Source: a virus (lineage: Duplodnaviria > Caudoviricetes). Taken from it: 40,512 bases of DNA. Each line of letters begins with the position of its first letter. Position 1 is the first letter of the stretch. A model generated the notes under the pieces. It worked only from the letters and a program-made list of their open reading frames with translations, made no database searches and was not told the DNA's origin. The position numbers were made by a program, and so were the translations under genes. This document shows, piece after piece, positions 35,298-40,512 of this stretch. The stretch is from IMG/VR virus record IMGVR_UViG_3300014613_000044, positions 1-40,512 of that record; one strand, given 5' to 3'.

Positions 35298-35657
35298 ATG
35301 AACGAGATAGTCAGTTTGTTGGTGGTCTTTCTGGGGCTATGGGGCGGACACTGGACGCCCTGGTGGGTGGTCCCTGCGCTCGTTGACAAAGAGAACGATG
35401 AGAAGTTGTTGTTGCGCCCGCTGGCGTATGGGTATGGCTGCACGTGGATCTTTGTGGGATTCGTCCTGTGGGCGGCGATGCTGGCCAGCGATGGGGCAGA
35501 GATGATCAGCGTGTGGAGCGCAGTACGGTTTCTGGCGCTCGATATTCTGGTCGCCGGGCTGGGCACGATGCTGCCTCGGGGGATCCGGCTGCTGAAACGG
35601 TATCAGGCGCTGGAGGGCGACAACAAAGACTATGAGCAGACCATCCAAGGAAGGTGA
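35298..35657 (+). CDS. Membrane protein, about 3 TM
   Basis: Hydrophobic segments; GGAGG RBS. Confidence 0.7.
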   Translation: MNEIVSLLVVFLGLWGGHWTPWWVVPALVDKENDEKLLLRPLAYGYGCTWIFVGFVLWAAMLASDGAEMISVWSAVRFLALDILVAGLGTMLPRGIRLLKRYQALEGDNKDYEQTIQGR

Positions 35658-35892
35658 GCAGCGGCTGCAGGGGCTGGAGGGGGTATCGGCCCTTCAGGAT
35701 CAGATTCAGACTAGCGTTGGCATAATCACTGTCCGTCTGCGACAGATCCAGCGGCGGGCTCCAGAGGTATCGGAGTGGATCAGGCTGGCGGACGAGGAGC
35801 TGGCGCGGCTCGCGGATAGTTGCGATGATGCACAGGAGTTGCTCGCGGCGGTGCTGGCTGCCGATCAGGATGTGAGATCACGAGGAGGCTAG
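35632..35892 (+). CDS. Hypothetical helical protein
   Basis: Coupled ORF. Confidence 0.6.
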   Translation: MSRPSKEGEQRLQGLEGVSALQDQIQTSVGIITVRLRQIQRRAPEVSEWIRLADEELARLADSCDDAQELLAAVLAADQDVRSRGG

Positions 35893-36022
35893 TGATGCTC
35901 AAGGAATTGATTGCAACGTTGTGGGATACGGTTCTCTGTGGTGACTTGCGCGGTCACCTGCAGGCGTGGTGGTCCGTGATCTCCGGTCGGGTGACACCGG
36001 AGAGTTCTGCAGCAGAAGTCTA

Positions 36023-36301
36023 ATGGGCACAGTTTACCTGATTCACTTTGAACGGCCCATCGGTGACTTGCATAATCCGCGTGGCCAGGCTCAGCACTAC
36101 CTGGGTTACACCGAGGATCTGGAGGCCAGGCTGGAGGCCCACGCCAGTGGCAACGGTTCACGGCTGATGGAGGTGATCACGGAGGCGGGGATCAGTTGGA
36201 CGGTGGCCAAGACCTGGGAGGGTGATCGTAGCCTGGAGCGTCGCCTGAAGAACCAGCACAACAGTCCTAGACTGTGCCCGATTTGCAGGGAGGTACGTTA
36301 A
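36023..36301 (+). CDS. GIY-YIG family endonuclease
   Basis: TVYLIHF...HYLGYTEDLEARLEAH...LERRLK. Confidence 0.8.
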   Translation: MGTVYLIHFERPIGDLHNPRGQAQHYLGYTEDLEARLEAHASGNGSRLMEVITEAGISWTVAKTWEGDRSLERRLKNQHNSPRLCPICREVR

Positions 36302-36302
36302 G

Positions 36303-36488
36303 ATGCGTTGTCCATCATGTGGCCAGGAAAACGGTGGCAAGTTCGGCGATCTATGTCCGCAGTGCGAGAAGCGGCAAGCGAGCAGGCACGCGCCTGCTAA
36401 GCCTGAGTCTGCTCCGTTAGATGATGGTAAGACACCGCTCGTCCGCACACCGCCCGCTACCAGGCGGGGACACAGGTCGACTGCGTGA
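36303..36488 (+). CDS. Small Zn-ribbon protein
   Basis: CPSC and CPQC; GGAGG RBS. Confidence 0.55.
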   Translation: MRCPSCGQENGGKFGDLCPQCEKRQASRHAPAKPESAPLDDGKTPLVRTPPATRRGHRSTA

Positions 36489-36837
36489 GGTCCTGCGGTT
36501 CTTTGACGAGATAGGTTGGAAGGTGTAGCGGATGAGGCGCGCACCACTGATAGATAGTCAGCAGCAAGATAGAACCGGATGTTCCGAAAAACCGGGGCGG
36601 CATGGCGCGCGGTCGGGCGCTCCCTCCCCGCACAACCGGAACCGTGTAAGATGTCGGCCAGTTTACCATAACATATATAGTCTGAAGTTGTTATTGTCAA
36701 GCTGACGCTGTTATTGTCAAGTTACCCCCCCCCTTCAAAACTCTGAACTTTGAGGGGGCGACGGTCTCGGGCTCAGGAAATCGCACCAATCCCCTCCCCG
36801 AACCCGAAGGGGGACAAAAAGACGAGGGCACACACAC

Positions 36838-39507
36838 GTGGACATTGACGCGATCAAGCAAGTGAATCCTGTCGAGGATGTGATCAGCGAGACGTATAGT
36901 TTGCGGGGGCGGGGGCGGTATCTGCGAGCGGAGGCTCATGATTCACTGGTGGTGGACCTTTACAACCAGGCGTATTTCTGGAACAGCCAGGGCGAACAGG
37001 GCGACGTCATCACCTGGGTCCAGAAACGGCGCAACCTTGATTTTAAGGGCGCAGTCATCGCCCTGGCCCAGCGGGGCGGACTCCCCGAGCCGCAATGGGG
37101 AAACGAGGATGCGCAGGCGGTGGCGGCCCGGCGCGGACGGTACGACGCGCTGACCGTCGCAGCGCGGCATTTCGTGCGTTGCCTGCGGGATAACGACGCG
37201 GCTCAGGATTATTGCCGCTCGCGAGGATGGTCCGATGAGACGATCCAGAAGGCGAGCCTCGGGTTCGTCGACGGCGATCGGACGGGCCTCCAGGGCGCAT
37301 TCTCGATGCACGAGATCGACGCCGGCCATCCGGCGGCCCAGGCGGTGCTGGGGATCTCAGGCGGGATGCTCGTTTATCCCCACGTCGAGCACGGGCGCGT
37401 GGTCTACCTGGCTGCCCGATCAATCGAGGGCAAGCGACACTACAATCCCCCGGTGGAGCTCGTCGGTGAACGGCGGCTCTACTTCAACTGGGAGTACAAC
37501 GGCCAGGCCGACCAGGTCGTTGTCGTCGAGGGACAGGCCGACGCGGTGACGCTGGCGCAGTGGGAGATACCAGCAATCGCGTTGGCAGGAGTGGCGGTCA
37601 ATCAGACCGTGCTGAAGGTGCTGGCCAGACATAAGCGGGTCTACGTCGCGCTGGACCCAGACGAGGCGGGAACGATCGCGGCGCGCAAGATGGCCGAGGC
37701 GTTGGGACCGCTGGCCCGGATCGTGAGCTGGCCAGACAAGGATGCGAATGCGTGGTTGCAGGCCGGGGCGACGGCGGATGAATGTCAGACCCTGCTCGCT
37801 ACTGCCCCCATGTGGGTGGAGGTGCTGGCGCGCGAGGCTGGCCAGGCCGGCCAGGCCGACAACGGACAGCGACCTGATGCACTGCGGCGTGTCTTCCGCA
37901 CCGTAGCCAGGCTGGACGAATTCGACCGGGCCACGTACCGGAAGGAGCTGGCGGACCTGATGGGCCTGGGGCTGCGCGAGTTCGATGGGATGCTCAAGGC
38001 GACGCAGCCAGAGGAGGATTCTGCTGCAGAAGAGCCGCTAATCACGATCACGATCGTCGGCGGGCAGATTCAGATGAAGGATGGCGACGACTACTATCTG
38101 CTGGAGACGTTGTACCGCCCGCCAGAGGGCAGCGCGGGGGCGGCGGCGGTGAGTGGTGGCAAGACCTTATTCGCTATGCGAAGTCCAGACGGACAGATCG
38201 GGACGGCGATTCACCTTGACCTGGACGGCATACGGTACGTGCCACCGCCTCCAGAGTCGCAAATGCTGACGAAGCGGGTGATCTCATTCGCTCAGAATAT
38301 CGGACCGCTGCTCACGACCGGCGACCTGGTCGAGGAGGTCCGGCAGATCGTCCACAAGTACGTGGACGTGGATCCCTTCTTCGAGAAACTCAGCGCATAT
38401 TACGTGCTCTTCACGTGGATGTACGATTGCTTCAACACGATCGCGTATCTGCGATTTCGCGGGGACTATGGCACCGGCAAGAGCCGGGCGCGCAAGGTGA
38501 TCGGCGGGCTGTGCTTCCGCCCGATGCGGGCCAGCGGCGCGGCGACGGTGAGCCCGATTTTTCGGATGATCGACGCGTGGCGGGGGACCCTCCTGGTCGA
38601 GGAGGCCGATTACGGTGCCAGCGACTATGCCCAAGAAATCATAAAAATTTACAATCAGGGCTACGATCGGGAGCAGGGCGTGGTCCTACGGTCGGGGGAC
38701 AAGAACACGGGGTTTGAAACCGAAGCGTTTGTATGCTTCGGTCCAAAGATCCTCGCGATGCGCGGGGAATTCAAAGACCCAGCGCTTACCTCGCGGTTCC
38801 TGACAAAGGAGATGGGGGGACCGACGACCCGGACCGACATTCCCATCGAGATGCCGCGCGAGTTCGAGCTGGAGGAGGCTCCCCGGCTGCGCGGGATGCT
38901 GCTGCGCTACCGGCTGGAGCACTGGCGACCGTACATCGAACTGAATTATGAGGCGCTCGATATGAGCATCGAGCCCCGGCTGAACCAGATCGTGCTGGCG
39001 CTGTACAGCCTGGTGGACGATCCCGAGCTGCTGGCAGAGTTGCAGGAATTCGTCCGCGAGTACAACAAGCGGTTGATCGAGGAGCGCGGGCTGACGCTGG
39101 TGTCGAAGGTGCTCGAGGGGCTGGTGGTGCAGTATCACTTGAATCAGACTGCGGCGGAGGCGGAGCGCGATCTCTCAACGTTGCGGATCACGGAGCGGGT
39201 GAACCAGCTCATCGACTTTGAGAATCACGGGTACGATGACTACCTGGCCAAACACCTGGCGACGGACAACAAGGTGACGGACCGCAAGGTCGGGTCGATG
39301 CTGCGGAAGCAACTGCAGTTCCAGAGCGAGCGCAGCGGGCGGTTCAACGGCCGCCACGTCGTCGTCTGGGAAGAGGAGCGGGCGCAGGCGCTGCGGAAGC
39401 GGTACGGGCTCGACGATGATCGGCTGGTGAATTTGCTGGAGATCGTGAACAAGCTGGATGCGATGGAAGCGGAGCAAAAACAGAGACAGGAGGCGCTGGG
39501 GCTATGA
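36838..39507 (+). CDS. DnaG-like primase (TOPRIM) fused to a P-loop ATPase/helicase-like domain
   Basis: GDVITWV, VVVVEGQADA, ALDPDEAG, KDANAW, then GDYGTGKS Walker A and LLVEE Walker B. Confidence 0.88.
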   Translation: MDIDAIKQVNPVEDVISETYSLRGRGRYLRAEAHDSLVVDLYNQAYFWNSQGEQGDVITWVQKRRNLDFKGAVIALAQRGGLPEPQWGNEDAQAVAARRGRYDALTVAARHFVRCLRDNDAAQDYCRSRGWSDETIQKASLGFVDGDRTGLQGAFSMHEIDAGHPAAQAVLGISGGMLVYPHVEHGRVVYLAARSIEGKRHYNPPVELVGERRLYFNWEYNGQADQVVVVEGQADAVTLAQWEIPAIALAGVAVNQTVLKVLARHKRVYVALDPDEAGTIAARKMAEALGPLARIVSWPDKDANAWLQAGATADECQTLLATAPMWVEVLAREAGQAGQADNGQRPDALRRVFRTVARLDEFDRATYRKELADLMGLGLREFDGMLKATQPEEDSAAEEPLITITIVGGQIQMKDGDDYYLLETLYRPPEGSAGAAAVSGGKTLFAMRSPDGQIGTAIHLDLDGIRYVPPPPESQMLTKRVISFAQNIGPLLTTGDLVEEVRQIVHKYVDVDPFFEKLSAYYVLFTWMYDCFNTIAYLRFRGDYGTGKSRARKVIGGLCFRPMRASGAATVSPIFRMIDAWRGTLLVEEADYGASDYAQEIIKIYNQGYDREQGVVLRSGDKNTGFETEAFVCFGPKILAMRGEFKDPALTSRFLTKEMGGPTTRTDIPIEMPREFELEEAPRLRGMLLRYRLEHWRPYIELNYEALDMSIEPRLNQIVLALYSLVDDPELLAELQEFVREYNKRLIEERGLTLVSKVLEGLVVQYHLNQTAAEAERDLSTLRITERVNQLIDFENHGYDDYLAKHLATDNKVTDRKVGSMLRKQLQFQSERSGRFNGRHVVVWEEERAQALRKRYGLDDDRLVNLLEIVNKLDAMEAEQKQRQEALGL

Positions 39508-39511
39508 GTTC

Positions 39512-39817
39512 CATGAACGTTATGAACGTCATGAACGTTGTACAGGGTCACCAGGGGGGGAAATTAAACTTTTACCCCCGTGTGTCCCCGGGGAACGTTC
39601 ATGACGTTCATAACGTTCATGACGCCGTTTTGGGGGTGTTTTTGGGGGTTTCGGTGCAATTTCGGCCTAATTTGTGTGGGGCGCATGTGCAGGGCAACGG
39701 TGGATACACAGGATGATTGTACTTTCTCATGAACGTATGAACGTCATGAACGTATATGTTAGACACGGGGTGTCGGCGCGACTTGGCTCTCATGAACGTA
39801 TGAACGTCATGAACGTA
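39512..39817. repeat. Iteron-like array of 12 ATGAACGT units; putative replication origin
   Basis: Perfect 28-bp IR 39512-39539/39594-39621; perfect 30-bp DR 39725-39754/39788-39817. Confidence 0.85.
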
Positions 39818-39872
39818 GGGGGGTTTGGCAAGATCCCCATCTATTAAATTACATTCAGACAGGAGGCGAGCG

Positions 39873-40421
39873 ATGAAAATCACAGAGGTTGAGATCGGGT
39901 ATCAGGAGACGGTGTCCCTACCGGGATACAACAACGTGCGGCCGTCGGTGCGGCTGACCGCGTCGGTGGGCTGGGATCAGGCTGGCCAGTACGAGTACGA
40001 TGAGGATCCGGATCTGGTGGTGGCGGATCTCCAGAGTATGGCGCGGCAGATCGTGCACGATGAGGTCGACCGGGCGCTGATCGCGATCGGGAAGGCGCCG
40101 CGGTATTGGGAGGGGCCGACGTTCCAGGTGATGGAGGAGGCGCGAATGGAGGTGGTCGCGGTCTTTCCAGATGACCAGGACTGGAACAATCTGCCTGGGA
40201 ATTGGAACCATCCGTATCTGGGCGAGATAACGGATGTGCGCGGGCTGGTGCTGGAGCAGGCCCGGGCGCTGGCGCAGCATCGCGTCACGCTTAGGCGGGG
40301 AAGGGTGTACGTTGATTGCTCGGACGGGGATCTGACGCGGTTGCCTGAGATGCCAGCGGAGGAAGAGCCGGATCCAGACGAACTGGATGAGTACGACGAC
40401 GAGGAGGAGCATCCGTTCTAA
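39873..40421 (+). CDS. Hypothetical protein with acidic tail
   Basis: AGGAGG RBS, ATG 39873. Confidence 0.75.
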   Translation: MKITEVEIGYQETVSLPGYNNVRPSVRLTASVGWDQAGQYEYDEDPDLVVADLQSMARQIVHDEVDRALIAIGKAPRYWEGPTFQVMEEARMEVVAVFPDDQDWNNLPGNWNHPYLGEITDVRGLVLEQARALAQHRVTLRRGRVYVDCSDGDLTRLPEMPAEEEPDPDELDEYDDEEEHPF

Positions 40422-40425
40422 TGTG

Positions 40426-40486
40426 GTGGGGGTGGGTGCCCGTTGAGCCTGAGCCCTGAGCCTTGAGCCTGGGCACTCACCTCCAC
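40426..40486 (+). terminator. 16-bp RNA hairpin (2 G-U pairs) with TGAGCC x4 loop
   Basis: GTGGGGGTGGGTGCCC / GGGCACTCACCTCCAC directly after the stop codon. Confidence 0.55.
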
Positions 40487-40512
40487 TTCTGCAGCAGGCG
40501 TTCGGGAGGCGA

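Noticed and set aside
39504-39716. ORF MSSMNVMNVMNV...
   Set aside because: The translation merely reflects the ATGAACGT iteron repeats.

Overview
An apparently complete ~40.5 kb high-GC temperate tailed phage, probably siphovirus-like. The first 10 bases (CGGGAGGCGA) recur as the last 10, and an attP-like tRNA-Arg 3' half lies internally beside the integrase, suggesting the excised circle. Layout: ParA, C5-MTase, RHH protein, 13-bp repeat array, FtsK and Dam (1-7.5 kb); lysis and packaging (7.6-13.6 kb); Mu-like head (13.7-17.2 kb); a CHAT/caspase-like protein followed by a 920-aa lipobox-bearing fibre-repeat protein; neck and tail (20.5-32.7 kb) with embedded morons and a methyl/glycosyltransferase fusion; integrase, attP and repressor switch (32.7-34.9 kb); early genes, primase-helicase and an iteron-like origin (35-40.5 kb). 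GAAC-N4-GTTC LexA-type boxes point to a Gram-positive-type or Chloroflexota host (inference only). The most striking signals are regulatory. (1) A ~32-nt GGA-rich element recurs about 15 times on the sense strand at gene or domain boundaries. (2) Two SOS-boxed promoters drive RNA leaders with the same pairing architecture but different sequences, each able to sequester its own RBS. (3) A tRNA-like structured RNA follows the cro-like gene. All calls are from motif reading by eye; no database searches or folding were run.
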